A stretch of 64,000 nucleotides of DNA from Verrucomicrobiia bacterium (GCA_036490655.1 DASXDM010000039.1:2559-66558), one strand, 5' to 3'; shown: positions 7,187 to 17,106, counted from the stretch's first letter. The notes: generated by a model from the letters alone, not told the origin. Numbers and translations are program-made.

Positions 7187-9097
7187 TCAATTCAACTGCG
7201 GCGGGCGCGGCGCGAAGGTTTCGAGCGAAATGCCGTTCACCGTCGCGGAACCCGCATACACAGTGAAATAGAAATACTTCGAGACCGCGTCATAATCCGG
7301 CAACAACGAGAAATCCACGGAGTCACGGAATGCCTGCGGCAGGAAAAGCATCGGGTTCATGGCCCCCACGCCATTCAAGGACTGGCCGTTCAAAGTCTTG
7401 AAGAAGCTGCGCAAAAGTTCACGTTGATTCTGGTAACCGAACAACCCATTGCCGGTGCCGCCCACATGCTGGGCCGCATCGATCAATCCGGGAAACCCGC
7501 TTAAGGGCTTGGGCGGATTGGCCTCGCTGCGCAGATAGCTCTCCAGCATGGAAACATCCGGCGTCAACGCCACATAACCTTCGCTGGTGGCGCAATACAT
7601 GTATCGTGGCGTCGATGGCGCCCCCGGCATGCGCCCGCCGGGCAGGGGAAGGGAATAAATTTTATGCCCCTGAAAATCGCGCGGCGCGGGCGCTTTTTGC
7701 TCGGATGGTGTCAATGACATCAGCGTCGCCACGGCTGCGACCGCCCGGTCGCTATTGTGTACGCCGATCAAAAAAAGCGACGGCGCGCCCGCGGGATCGG
7801 CTGACGCGCTGCCCGGGGCTTTTTCATAACGGATAAAATCATCGCCCAGGTTCTCAAAAAGATTTTTGCGGATATCGAAGCCGGGGTCCTTTTGCTGCGC
7901 GTTCGCATTGGCCATGTCGATGGCGGCGTTCAGCCCGATCAAGGCCGTCGGTGACATGCTTTTAAGCATGTCCTGCAATGTCTGCCAGGCCTGTTGCCCG
8001 TCGATACGGGCGCGAAAGAACTTCGTCGCCTCCAGGGGAACAAATACCGGGGGCGAGGCGGATTCTGGTACCGGCGCGAACATTTTCAGGATGCCGTGCC
8101 GGCCTGATGCGGGAACCGAGATGAAAAAGTTGGCCTGCGCGCCTTCATGCGTTTCGAAATAGGAAAAGCTGACGCTTTTCACCGTGGCCAGGCCCATGGC
8201 GTTGATGATGCTGTTCGGATCCATCTGGGGAATGATGGTGGGCGCCTCCGGATTATCTTGCGGCGGGGGGACCGCGGCCATGATCCCAAAAAACTCCCTG
8301 GCATCGAACCAGCCGTAATACAATGGCGAGCCATGAAACTGCGCCTGCTGGTCGGCATTAAAAGCGGAATCGTCGCTTAACGCAGGCATTTCGCTGCCCG
8401 TCAGATGGGCCACGATCGGATCCACCGCTTCCACGGAATTTCCGATGATCAAGAGCGAATCAAATTGTCCCACGACCAGCTCACGCGGTTTTTCCTGGGC
8501 CGGCTTCTTGCCGAGCTCCTGCGTTTGCGGGCGCGGACGGAAAATGTTCGTGAGCGCGTCCGGGACATCATTACTCGAGACCATGACCACGGAGAAAGGA
8601 ATCCCGCGGATGGCCTGGGTACGAAGGGTTTTGCCGCTGTCCGTCCACTTTTTTTGCAGGGTGGCGAGGTTGGTGGCCAGCAGATTCTTTTTTTCCTTCG
8701 CATCCAGCAGGAAAACCATTCCCGGCGAATGGTCATCCTTGCCGTTCCAACCGTTTCGGGTGATGGCGAACGTCAATTGTCCCTGGGGCAAATCCTCAAA
8801 ATCCTCGAGCTTGATCCCTAAATCGGCTTCCAGCGGGCCGATCAATGAATTATTCAGGCTCCTGGTGAATTTGTCGTGAAACGGTTTCATGGCCGGATCG
8901 TTCCAAAAGAGCCATTGCGGCGATTGCCGCGCATCGGCCCGCACCGCTGAAAAATCCGGAGCGGTCATGACGAATAACGTGTCTGCCGGCAAGAGATTCT
9001 CCGCCGGCGGGATCGCGGCGCGGGTGCTGGCCAGGGGGAAAAATAATGACGCCAGGACAATTCCAGTGGCGTACCGGACGAACTTTCGGATGATCAT
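7187..9097 (-). CDS. large secreted protein of unknown function
   Basis: 636-aa ORF with signal peptide (MIIRKFVRYATGIVLASLFFPLASTRA). It starts 18 nt downstream of the protease gene stop on the same strand. I recognise no catalytic motif. It may be DUF3352-like (unverified). Confidence 0.6.
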   Translation of the reverse strand: MIIRKFVRYATGIVLASLFFPLASTRAAIPPAENLLPADTLFVMTAPDFSAVRADARQSPQWLFWNDPAMKPFHDKFTRSLNNSLIGPLEADLGIKLEDFEDLPQGQLTFAITRNGWNGKDDHSPGMVFLLDAKEKKNLLATNLATLQKKWTDSGKTLRTQAIRGIPFSVVMVSSNDVPDALTNIFRPRPQTQELGKKPAQEKPRELVVGQFDSLLIIGNSVEAVDPIVAHLTGSEMPALSDDSAFNADQQAQFHGSPLYYGWFDAREFFGIMAAVPPPQDNPEAPTIIPQMDPNSIINAMGLATVKSVSFSYFETHEGAQANFFISVPASGRHGILKMFAPVPESASPPVFVPLEATKFFRARIDGQQAWQTLQDMLKSMSPTALIGLNAAIDMANANAQQKDPGFDIRKNLFENLGDDFIRYEKAPGSASADPAGAPSLFLIGVHNSDRAVAAVATLMSLTPSEQKAPAPRDFQGHKIYSLPLPGGRMPGAPSTPRYMYCATSEGYVALTPDVSMLESYLRSEANPPKPLSGFPGLIDAAQHVGGTGNGLFGYQNQRELLRSFFKTLNGQSLNGVGAMNPMLFLPQAFRDSVDFSLLPDYDAVSKYFYFTVYAGSATVNGISLETFAPRPPQLN

Positions 9098-9115
9098 GAT
9101 CGTTGTTCTGATGGG

Positions 9116-10078
9116 CTATTTCGCCGCGGGATGATGCACCGTCGGGGCCGGCGGATCCAGATAGCGGTACGGATTATTCGGATTATCCGTGGAATAGGCA
9201 AAAGCATCGCGATGATCCAGGAAGTTTTTGACCAATTCGACCGGGATGGCGAAGCCGAGGCCTTCGCCGAAAGTGATCTTCATGTTGGTCACCCCCACGA
9301 CCTGGCCGGCCAGGTTGAACAACGGGCCGCCGCTGTTGCCGGGATTGATCTGCGCGGTCGTCTGCAAATACAGTTCGCCTTCCAGTTCGCGCGTTTTTGT
9401 GCTGATGATCCCCTGGGTCACCGTGCGCTCCAACCCCATCGGGCTGCCGATGGCGAAGACGGAATCGCCGACGCTCAAGGCATCCGCGTTGCCGAGCGAA
9501 ACGTATTTGAATTTCGGGGCGTTTTTGTCCTCGATATGGAGCAGGGCGAGATCGTGAAATTTATTGATGGCGATGATGCGCACCTGCTTATACGTGTTAC
9601 GTTCCAACTGGCCGTCGACCTGGCTGTAAACTTCCACGGAGATCTCCGTCTCGCCCTCGATGACATGGAAATTGGTGATGAGATATCCGTCGGCATTGAT
9701 GAAAAATCCCGAACCCAGGCCTTCCGGCGTGCTGACCTGCACCACGGCCTGCCCAAGTTTTTTGACCAGGTCGGGCACCATGGCTGAGGGAGCATTCAAC
9801 AGGCCCGCTGTGTAAAATTCAGGAGAGAGAGCGGTCAGGATGGGGCTGTCCGCGGAATTTTTCACCATGACTTCTCCGGAACGCGAAATTTTCGTGACCG
9901 CGCTTTTGGGGATGATCAGGACGGTATAGCCGACGTCGATGACGATCGAATCAGGCTTTTCTGCCAGGATTTTTCCGGTCACCGCAGCCTCGTCCTGCAA
10001 CTGGATCGTATCGGCGCACGCAAATTGGAGTGCCAGCACGATCGCCGCCGACAAAATCAAATATTTCTTTAACGACAT
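9116..10078 (-). CDS. trypsin-like serine protease (S1C/HtrA-like, no PDZ domain seen)
   Basis: Signal peptide. Catalytic triad contexts ITNFHVIEG (His), HDLALLHIE (Asp) and NPGNSGGPLFN (Ser). Confidence 0.85.
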   Translation of the reverse strand: MSLKKYLILSAAIVLALQFACADTIQLQDEAAVTGKILAEKPDSIVIDVGYTVLIIPKSAVTKISRSGEVMVKNSADSPILTALSPEFYTAGLLNAPSAMVPDLVKKLGQAVVQVSTPEGLGSGFFINADGYLITNFHVIEGETEISVEVYSQVDGQLERNTYKQVRIIAINKFHDLALLHIEDKNAPKFKYVSLGNADALSVGDSVFAIGSPMGLERTVTQGIISTKTRELEGELYLQTTAQINPGNSGGPLFNLAGQVVGVTNMKITFGEGLGFAIPVELVKNFLDHRDAFAYSTDNPNNPYRYLDPPAPTVHHPAAK

Positions 10079-10314
10079 TATCAGATAATAAGGGACTTGA
10101 TGGGTTTTGACAAGCGAACGGTCGATTCATCTCAAAGAAAGCCTGTTTCTTTAAATTGATTGGGTTTTAACGGGATCCATTGAATCCGGTTCGTGTTTTG
10201 AAACCGGCATAGCCTTCCGCAGCAAAAATGGACGATCGCCAACAGTTTTTATTTCAAAGGCGAAATCGAAATTTCAAGGTCCAGGAGGGGTCCGGCAAAG
10301 ACCGAAAATAGCTA

Positions 10315-10342
10315 TTGCCACTTGCCTCTTATCTGATATTTT
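10315..10342 (+). promoter_or_regulatory. candidate sigma-70 promoter for rpsB-tsf
   Basis: TTGCCA-N16-TATTTT about 145 nt upstream of the rpsB ATG. It is followed by leader hairpins CCCTTTTGCCG-AAAT-CGGCAGAGGG (10349-10373) and ATCCCG...CGGGAT (about 10436-10454). Confidence 0.3.
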
Positions 10343-10487
10343 AAACGTCCCTTTTGCCGAAATCGGCAGAGGGCAAACGGCCTTAAATTTTACGCCCGGG
10401 TGGGTGTGAAGTGGCCATAACAACATCAAACATTAATCCCGTGTTCCGCGGGATGTGCGCAAACAGCGCATTTTAACCAAAGGAAAT

Positions 10488-11309
10488 ATGTTAAGTATCG
10501 GCGTAAAAGAATTATTGGATTCAGGCGTCCATTTTGGACACCAGACGAAGCGTTGGAACCCCAAGATGAAGCCTTTCATCTTCGACGCGCGCAACGGCAT
10601 CCACATCATCGACCTCTCCAAAACCCTCTCGCAGCTCGAAGCGGCGTGTGATTTTTTGGGCGTGACCGTTCGCAAGGGCGGAAAAGTCATTTTCGTGGGC
10701 ACCAAAAAGCAGGCGCAGCAATGCGTCAAAGACACCGCCAAGGAATGCGGACAATTTTATGTCACCGAACGCTGGCTCGGCGGCACGTTGACGAATTACA
10801 GCACGATCAAGACCTCCAACAAACGCCTCAAAGAGATCGAGAAGATGGCTGAAGACGGATCGCTGTCCCAATACGGCAAACAGGAACAGGCGGTCATCCG
10901 CCGCGAAGAGGCCCGCCTGCACAAATATTTTGACGGCATCCGCGCCATGGACAAAATCCCGGCGGCGATGTTCGTGGTGGACATCAAGCGCGAGCACAAC
11001 GCCGTGGCCGAAGCGCGCAAATTGAAGATCCCCATCGTGGCGCTCGTGGATACGAATTGCGATCCCGACCTGGTGGATTATCCCGTGGCCGCCAATGACG
11101 ACGCCATCCGTTCCGTGCGCATGATCATGGCCACAGTGGGCCAAACCATCACCCAGGCCGGCGCGGAATTTGAATCGAAGCGCGCGCGCGTGCCCGATGC
11201 GCCGGCGGAAGGGCAGGCGGAAGAACAAAAATTTGACTCGGCGGAAGCGGTGGAAATCGCCGCGGGCGACGATCCGTCCACCCCGGAAAACTCCCCGGTA
11301 AATTCCTGA
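10488..11309 (+). CDS. rpsB: 30S ribosomal protein S2
   Basis: MLSIGVKELLDSGVHFGHQTKRWNPKM is a canonical S2 N-terminus. AGGAAA lies upstream of ATG 10488. The protein has an acidic C-terminal tail. Confidence 0.95.
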   Translation: MLSIGVKELLDSGVHFGHQTKRWNPKMKPFIFDARNGIHIIDLSKTLSQLEAACDFLGVTVRKGGKVIFVGTKKQAQQCVKDTAKECGQFYVTERWLGGTLTNYSTIKTSNKRLKEIEKMAEDGSLSQYGKQEQAVIRREEARLHKYFDGIRAMDKIPAAMFVVDIKREHNAVAEARKLKIPIVALVDTNCDPDLVDYPVAANDDAIRSVRMIMATVGQTITQAGAEFESKRARVPDAPAEGQAEEQKFDSAEAVEIAAGDDPSTPENSPVNS

Positions 11310-11372
11310 AGCGGCGTGTTGCCCGGCTTAACGGCGACCCCCATTCAACAAATTTTAAATCGATAATTTTTT

Positions 11373-12215
11373 ATGGCTGAAATCACTGCGGCATTAGTTG
11401 GCAAGCTGCGCGAAATGACCGGCGCAGGCATGATGGATTGTAAAAAGGCGCTCACCGAAGCCGGTGGCGACCTGGACAAGGCTGTGGATATCCTGCGCAA
11501 GAAGGGCGCGGCAACAGCGTCTGTAAAGGCTGCCCGCGTGGCCAAAGACGGCGCCATCGCGCAATACATCGCGCCGGACGGCAGGCTTGGCGTGCTCGTG
11601 GAAGTCAATAGCGAGACGGACTTCGTCGCGCGCAATGAGATTTTCCGCGCTTTTTCCGATGAAGTGGCCAGGCGTTATGCGACCGAAGCGAATCCTGACC
11701 TGGAGAGCGAACGCCAGGCGATGGTCGCCAAGATCCGCGAGAATATCAAAATCGCGCGTCATTCGAAAATGGAAGTCAGCGGCAACGGCATGATCGCCGG
11801 CTACATCCATACCGGCGCAAAGGTCGGCGTATTGGTCGAAGTTGGCGCCGGCAAAAGCGAGACTGTCTCGACCGAGGAATTCAAGCAGCTCGTCAAAGAT
11901 ATCACCCTGCAGATCGCGGCGGGCCATCCGCATGCCGTTTCACGCGAGCAAGTGCCTGCCGAGGTGATCGCAAAAGAACGCGAGATCGCCGCGCAATCCG
12001 ACCGGCTCAAGGGCAAGCCCGCGCAGGCCATGGAGAAAATTCTCCAGGGCGTCCTGGATAAATTTTATCAAACCTATTGCCTGGTGGACCAGGGCTTCGT
12101 GAAACGCAATTCCGAGGTCAGCGTCAAAGAACATGTCGCCCAGACCGCCAAACAATTGGGCGATGAGATCACCATCCGGCGGTTTGTCCGGTTCCAGGTC
12201 GGCGAAAACGAATAA
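11373..12215 (+). CDS. tsf: translation elongation factor Ts
   Basis: MAEITAALVGKLREMTGAGMMDCKKALTEAGGDLDKAVDILRKKG is the canonical EF-Ts UBA-like N-terminus. It sits immediately after rpsB. Confidence 0.95.
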   Translation: MAEITAALVGKLREMTGAGMMDCKKALTEAGGDLDKAVDILRKKGAATASVKAARVAKDGAIAQYIAPDGRLGVLVEVNSETDFVARNEIFRAFSDEVARRYATEANPDLESERQAMVAKIRENIKIARHSKMEVSGNGMIAGYIHTGAKVGVLVEVGAGKSETVSTEEFKQLVKDITLQIAAGHPHAVSREQVPAEVIAKEREIAAQSDRLKGKPAQAMEKILQGVLDKFYQTYCLVDQGFVKRNSEVSVKEHVAQTAKQLGDEITIRRFVRFQVGENE

Positions 12216-12243
12216 AGTTCGTCTCGTCATCCCGATTCTTACA

Positions 12244-12270
12244 GGCGTCCAGCGATGGACGCCTTTTTTG
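12244..12270 (+). terminator. intrinsic terminator after tsf
   Basis: GGCGTCCA-gcga-TGGACGCC (8-bp perfect stem) followed by TTTTTT. Confidence 0.75.
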
Positions 12271-12341
12271 TTCCGCAACAACTTTGATTTCAGCGAAAGA
12301 CAGGCTAGACTTTTGATGTGAGTGTTGGACCACAATCACCC

Positions 12342-12854
12342 ATGCGCGAAGTGCTGGAGGCTTTTCCCGGCGCCCAGCGCGCCTTGTTCCGCCGTTATCA
12401 TATCGGCGGATGCAGCAGTTGCGGTTTTAGCCCGGAGGAGACGCTGGCCCAGGTTTGCGCGCGGAATGGCAGCCTGAGCGTGCCTGAAGTGCTTTCGCAT
12501 ATCCAAACCAGCCATGAGCAGGATGTGAAAGTGTTGATTTCACCGAAGGAACTTGCCGAACTTTTGCAACGCAACAAATCGGTGAAGCTCGTGGATGTGC
12601 GCTCACGCGAGGAGTTTGAAGCGGTCCACATCGAGAGTTCCATTTTATTGTCCCAGCCCGTGATGCAGCAACTCATGGCCAGTGGCTCAAATACAGATGC
12701 CATTGTCGTGGTGGATCACGCCGGCAAGAACGGCATGGATGCGGCAGCGTATTTCATGGGACACGGCCTGCAAAATGTGCGCTGTCTGCACGGTGGTATT
12801 GACGCATGGGCTCAGGAAGTGGATGGCAAAATGCGGCGGTACAAATTGGGTTGA
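12342..12854 (+). CDS. DUF1858-like redox-disulfide domain fused to a rhodanese-homology domain
   Basis: N-terminus EAFPGAQRALFRRYHIGGCSSCGFSPEETL. Rhodanese fold VKLVDVRSREEFEAVHIE...VVVDHAGKNGMDAAAYF...GGIDAWAQEV. The active-site position carries Asp rather than Cys. An alternative GTG start lies at 12318. Confidence 0.7.
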   Translation: MREVLEAFPGAQRALFRRYHIGGCSSCGFSPEETLAQVCARNGSLSVPEVLSHIQTSHEQDVKVLISPKELAELLQRNKSVKLVDVRSREEFEAVHIESSILLSQPVMQQLMASGSNTDAIVVVDHAGKNGMDAAAYFMGHGLQNVRCLHGGIDAWAQEVDGKMRRYKLG

Positions 12855-12926
12855 AGTTGCCAGTCGGGCGAATAGACTCAAATCAGAATCCGCCGCCCGC
12901 GGCAATAACCGGCAAAATTTCAGAAT

Positions 12927-13577
12927 GTGCATATGAAAAATTTCTTTTTTCTTTTGTTTGCCCTGGCTTTGGCAGCTTTATCGTCCGGTTGCGCGTCAAC
13001 TGCGCCGACGGGCATTTTGGTCACGGCGCAACGTGATCCCAGCTTTTCGCCCCTGCGGACGGACAAAATTTGCCTGGCGCAGCAACCTAACCCAAACGCG
13101 GAAGATGCCGCGCTCACTTCAGCCTTGATGACAGAATTGACGAATGAAAATTTCAATATCGTGACCAATATTGACTCCGATTATACGCTGGCCTGTGTGA
13201 TCGAAGATGATTCGACAACGGAATCAGTGCCGCGGGCAATACATCCTTACACGCAATCGAACGCACAATGGGTGCAACCCGAAATGCCCGTGGCGGGTTC
13301 TTCTACGGGACGCTATTTAGATCGTGAAGACCAGGAAGATGTCGGAGAACCCGGTCTCCAAACTCAGATCGTCCAGGCCGAGTATGTTCATCCCGAGCAG
13401 GGTATTCGCATCTATTTGTATGCAAATCCCAAAAGACATCCGGGATTACAGATTGCATGGCAGGGCTGCATCGAGGCCGGCAAAACGGTTTCATCCGAAC
13501 GTGAACCGCTCTTGCTCAAAACTTTGCTTAGCTATTTTGGGCAGGATTACACCGGGCGGGTCGACCTGGGTAAATAA
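12927..13577 (+). CDS. lipoprotein of unknown function
   Basis: Lipobox LAALSSGC after a hydrophobic N-terminus (MHMKNFFFLLFALALAALSSGCAST). 216 aa. Confidence 0.6.
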   Translation: MHMKNFFFLLFALALAALSSGCASTAPTGILVTAQRDPSFSPLRTDKICLAQQPNPNAEDAALTSALMTELTNENFNIVTNIDSDYTLACVIEDDSTTESVPRAIHPYTQSNAQWVQPEMPVAGSSTGRYLDREDQEDVGEPGLQTQIVQAEYVHPEQGIRIYLYANPKRHPGLQIAWQGCIEAGKTVSSEREPLLLKTLLSYFGQDYTGRVDLGK

Positions 13578-13595
13578 TTTTCAAAAGCCGCCCAA

Positions 13596-14699
13596 TCAGA
13601 CGTTGAACTTGAACAGCAGCACGTCTCCGTCTTTCACGACATATTCCTTGCCTTCCATCCGGTACAACCCTTTTTCGCGCGCGGCGGCCACTGACCCGCA
13701 TTTCATCAAATCGTCGTAAGCTACAGTTTCAGCCTTGATGAAACCGCGTTCGAAGTCCGAGTGGATGACGCCGGCGGCTTTGGGCGCGGTATCACCGACA
13801 TGAATCGTCCAGGCGCGCACTTCTTTTTCGCCCGCGGTGAAATAGGTGCGCAAACCGAGCAGGTGATAAGTCGCCCGGATCAACGTCCCCACGCCGCTTT
13901 CTTCCACACCCAATTCCTTGAGAAACTCCTTTGCCTCGTCCGCGGAGAGGTCGATCAAGTCGCTCTCGATTTGTGCGCTGATGACCACGGCTTCGCAGGC
14001 CAGGTGGGTTTTGACATACTCGCGCACTTTTTCGACGAACGGGTTTTTGTCGGCGGTCGCCAGGTCCGATTCCTTCACATTGCAGGCAAAAATGGTCGGC
14101 TTATCGGTCAGCAGGAAAAAGCTCCTGGCGACGACTTTTTCTTCGGGCGTGAGCTGGACGGCTAAAGCAAGTTTGCCGGCATCCAAGACCGGTTCAAACT
14201 TTGCCAGCACCACATCTTCGGCCACGGCGGCCTTGTCACCGCGTTTCACATCCTTGGAGAGTTTTTCGCGCCGCTTTTTGATATTGTCCAGGTCGGCGAT
14301 GACGAGTTCGGTATTGATGATCTCGATATCGCGCACGGGATCGATGGAGCCGGTCACGTGATGGATGTCCGCATCTTCAAAACAACGGACGACCTGGACG
14401 AGAGCGTCCACCTCACGGATGTGGGAAAGGAATTTGTTGCCGAGACCCTCCCCGGCGCTGGCGCCTTTGACGAGGCCGGCGATGTCCACAAATTCAACCG
14501 CTGCAGGGATGATCACGGTAGTTTTGGCGACCTGGGAGAGCGGTTCCAGGCGGGCATCCGGCACGGTGACGATGCCGACGTTCGGGTCGATGGTGCAAAA
14601 GGGATAATTCGCCGCTTCCGCTTTTCGGGTGCGGGTCACGGCGTTGAACAAAGTTGACTTGCCCACATTGGGCAGACCGACAATTCCAGCTTTCAGCAT
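13596..14699 (-). CDS. ychF: ribosome-binding ATPase YchF
   Basis: [21 protein letters not shown]-loop, a TGS-like C-terminus (...[11 protein letters not shown]), and 367 aa are all typical of YchF/Obg-like ATPases. Confidence 0.95.
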   Translation of the reverse strand: MLKAGIVGLPNVGKSTLFNAVTRTRKAEAANYPFCTIDPNVGIVTVPDARLEPLSQVAKTTVIIPAAVEFVDIAGLVKGASAGEGLGNKFLSHIREVDALVQVVRCFEDADIHHVTGSIDPVRDIEIINTELVIADLDNIKKRREKLSKDVKRGDKAAVAEDVVLAKFEPVLDAGKLALAVQLTPEEKVVARSFFLLTDKPTIFACNVKESDLATADKNPFVEKVREYVKTHLACEAVVISAQIESDLIDLSADEAKEFLKELGVEESGVGTLIRATYHLLGLRTYFTAGEKEVRAWTIHVGDTAPKAAGVIHSDFERGFIKAETVAYDDLMKCGSVAAAREKGLYRMEGKEYVVKDGDVLLFKFNV

Positions 14700-14792
14700 A
14701 AATATATTAACCGCGAGACGCGGAGAGGTGGAAAATTATCAGGAAACGCCGGGCACAGAAAGCGTGTTCTTTAGCGGATTTCTTCCCGCGCA

Positions 14793-15506
14793 CTAGATCC
14801 GATGGTGCGCCAATTGCCACGCCACGTGCGCGCCGCCGTAAAATCCCGCCATCAACAGGCAAAAGCCGGAGATGTGCTGCATCCGCAGCAGGGTTTTATC
14901 GCTGAATTGTCCATGCCCGCGCGACACCGTATAACTCAAAATACAGACCCAGGTATTGGTGCCGAGCCATACGCCGGTGATACAGGCGATTTTGGCTGGC
15001 AAATGGTTAGCCACCCAATCCTCCGAAGTGAAAAAGGCGGCGTGTGACATCAGGTAAGCCGCGAGGCCGATCCAGGTGAGTAAGATGCCGAAGTTGCCCA
15101 TCACCCGCACAAAACCGGTCATAAAAGCCGAGTGCGGATGCAACTTGTCATCGAGCCGCTCTTCTAATTTTTTTGCCGCCTTTTCCAGGGGTGTCGGTCT
15201 ATGGACACTTTGCGTGTAAAGAAATTTGCCGCCGAGAAATATCAAAAAAGCGAAACTGAACACTTCCATGGCGGCTTTCACTGTCCGGCTGTCGAAGAAA
15301 GGTGACCATCCGGTGAAGGCCAGCGAACAGTAGATCAACTCCATGACCGAAGCGCCAAAGCCGATGAGAAACGCCCATTTGAACCCGCGCCGGGCGCCCT
15401 GGTTGATGATGGTGAGATTGATCGGCCCGACCGGAATGGATGAAAACAGCAATGCCGTAAAGAAACCGGCAAGCATAGCGATGCAAATGTTGGGCAAGTT
15501 GGCCAT
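14793..15506 (-). CDS. LysE/RhtB-family amino-acid exporter
   Basis: Six-TM profile. N-terminus FSSIPVGPINLTIINQGARRGF is typical of the LysE family. ATG 15506 lies 2 nt after the pssA stop. An alternative TTG at 15512 overlaps pssA. Confidence 0.8.
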   Translation of the reverse strand: MANLPNICIAMLAGFFTALLFSSIPVGPINLTIINQGARRGFKWAFLIGFGASVMELIYCSLAFTGWSPFFDSRTVKAAMEVFSFAFLIFLGGKFLYTQSVHRPTPLEKAAKKLEERLDDKLHPHSAFMTGFVRVMGNFGILLTWIGLAAYLMSHAAFFTSEDWVANHLPAKIACITGVWLGTNTWVCILSYTVSRGHGQFSDKTLLRMQHISGFCLLMAGFYGGAHVAWQLAHHRI

Positions 15507-15508
15507 GG

Positions 15509-16369
15509 TCAATCCGTGTCAGGCTCATCGTCTTCTTCCTCTTCGATCTCACGCCGCCAGGCGCGTGAGAGGCTGGGCCGCACGAAGCCATAGACCAGAT
15601 ACGCTGTGAAAAAAACAGGAAGGACATAGTACAAGATCTTCTCGCGCAGGATCATGATGGCGCCAATGAACATGGCCGTGCCGATCATTCTCCAGAAGGT
15701 GCTCGTCGATCGCAGCCCCAGGCCTTTGAAACTTGGATATTTCACCGTGCTCACCATCATCGCCGAGAGAAAAACCAGGACGCCGGCGATCACGTATTTC
15801 CACACGCCCAGGTCTTTTTCCTTTTCGTTGAAATGGATGATCAACAACGTGAGCGACGCCACCAGCCCGGCGGCAGAGGGGATGGGAAATCCGAGAAAAT
15901 CTTTTCCCCCGCCCGGCAGGTTCATGGCGGCCAGGCAATTGAAGCGCGCCAGCCGGAAGGCGCCGCAGAGCAGGTAAATGGAAGCGATAAACCAACTGAT
16001 CTGCTGATATTGCCCGAAAACGTCGGCCAACACCACGCGCTGCACCAGAAATGCCGGTGCCACGCCAAAAGAAATCAGGTCGGCCAACGAATCGAACTCG
16101 CGTCCGAACGGGCTTTCCACGCCGCCCATCCGCGCCACCCGGCCGTCGAACAGGTCAAAAATACACGCCAACAGGATGAAGGCGAGCGCCAGCTTGATCT
16201 GGTAGTAATACGTGGGAAGATCCATCAGCAGTTTATTGGCGTCCACGATCTTGGTCAGCGCCACAAAACCGCAAAAGAGATTCCCCGCCGTAAGGAGATT
16301 CGGCAGAAAATATATTTTCAGCTTCTCATCCGGATTTTCCGGCGGCGATTTTTGGATTGGCGCGTTCAT
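15509..16369 (-). CDS. pssA: CDP-diacylglycerol--serine O-phosphatidyltransferase
   Basis: CDP-alcohol phosphatidyltransferase motif DLFDGRVARMGGVESPFGREFDSLAD. Multi-TM protein. Confidence 0.9.
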   Translation of the reverse strand: MNAPIQKSPPENPDEKLKIYFLPNLLTAGNLFCGFVALTKIVDANKLLMDLPTYYYQIKLALAFILLACIFDLFDGRVARMGGVESPFGREFDSLADLISFGVAPAFLVQRVVLADVFGQYQQISWFIASIYLLCGAFRLARFNCLAAMNLPGGGKDFLGFPIPSAAGLVASLTLLIIHFNEKEKDLGVWKYVIAGVLVFLSAMMVSTVKYPSFKGLGLRSTSTFWRMIGTAMFIGAIMILREKILYYVLPVFFTAYLVYGFVRPSLSRAWRREIEEEEDDEPDTD

Positions 16370-17056
16370 CTAATCAAATGAAGCGATGACCGTCTCGCCC
16401 CCAACGACCTTTTGGCCGATGGGGACCTTGATCTGCGCGCGCATGGGCAGGAAAACTTCAACCCGCGAACCGAATTGGATCAGACTGATGCGTTCGCCGC
16501 GGTGGATGGCATCGTTCTGGTCGATCCATGGTACGATGCGGCGGGCGATCAAACCGGCAATGAGACGCACCCCCACTTTTTCGCCGGAAGGTTCCACCGA
16601 ATCAATGCCGATCAGCACATTCTCGTTGAATTGCGCGCTGTCTGTGCGCATGGCATTGAGATATTGACCCGGGGAATGTTTGAAAAAGGAGATTTTCCCA
16701 GTCAACGGCGCGTTTTGCACATGGATGTCGAATACTGATAGGAAAATGGAGACGCGCCTGCATTCGCCGCCCATAAAATCCTTTTCCACCGTCGTGTCGA
16801 TCACATCCACCTTGCCATGCGCGGGCGCCACGACCAGGTTTTTGCCGGTGGGTGTGAGCGGTTCGGGATCGCGGAAAAAATAGAAGGTGAAAAGGACGAA
16901 CAACACCCACAAGCCGATCAACACCCCGTAAAAATCCAGGATGAAACTGCCGATGACCCTCCCCAAAAAGGCGGCGATAAGCAGCGCGATGACCGCGGTG
17001 GCGGTGATGCCGGCCAATTTAAATGCCGACACCATGGCTTTTCCAGAATGCTTCAC
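16370..17056 (-). CDS. psd: phosphatidylserine decarboxylase (short, archaetidylserine-decarboxylase-like form)
   Basis: N-terminal TM helices. FLSVFDIHVQNAP... and a self-cleavage-type FGSR motif near the C-terminus. The stop codon directly abuts the pssA ATG. Confidence 0.85.
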   Translation of the reverse strand: MKHSGKAMVSAFKLAGITATAVIALLIAAFLGRVIGSFILDFYGVLIGLWVLFVLFTFYFFRDPEPLTPTGKNLVVAPAHGKVDVIDTTVEKDFMGGECRRVSIFLSVFDIHVQNAPLTGKISFFKHSPGQYLNAMRTDSAQFNENVLIGIDSVEPSGEKVGVRLIAGLIARRIVPWIDQNDAIHRGERISLIQFGSRVEVFLPMRAQIKVPIGQKVVGGETVIASFD

Positions 17057-17106
17057 CCCATCACGATAGAAATTTTCCGCCCTTCATGCAATTCGCCATT
17101 TTGAGA

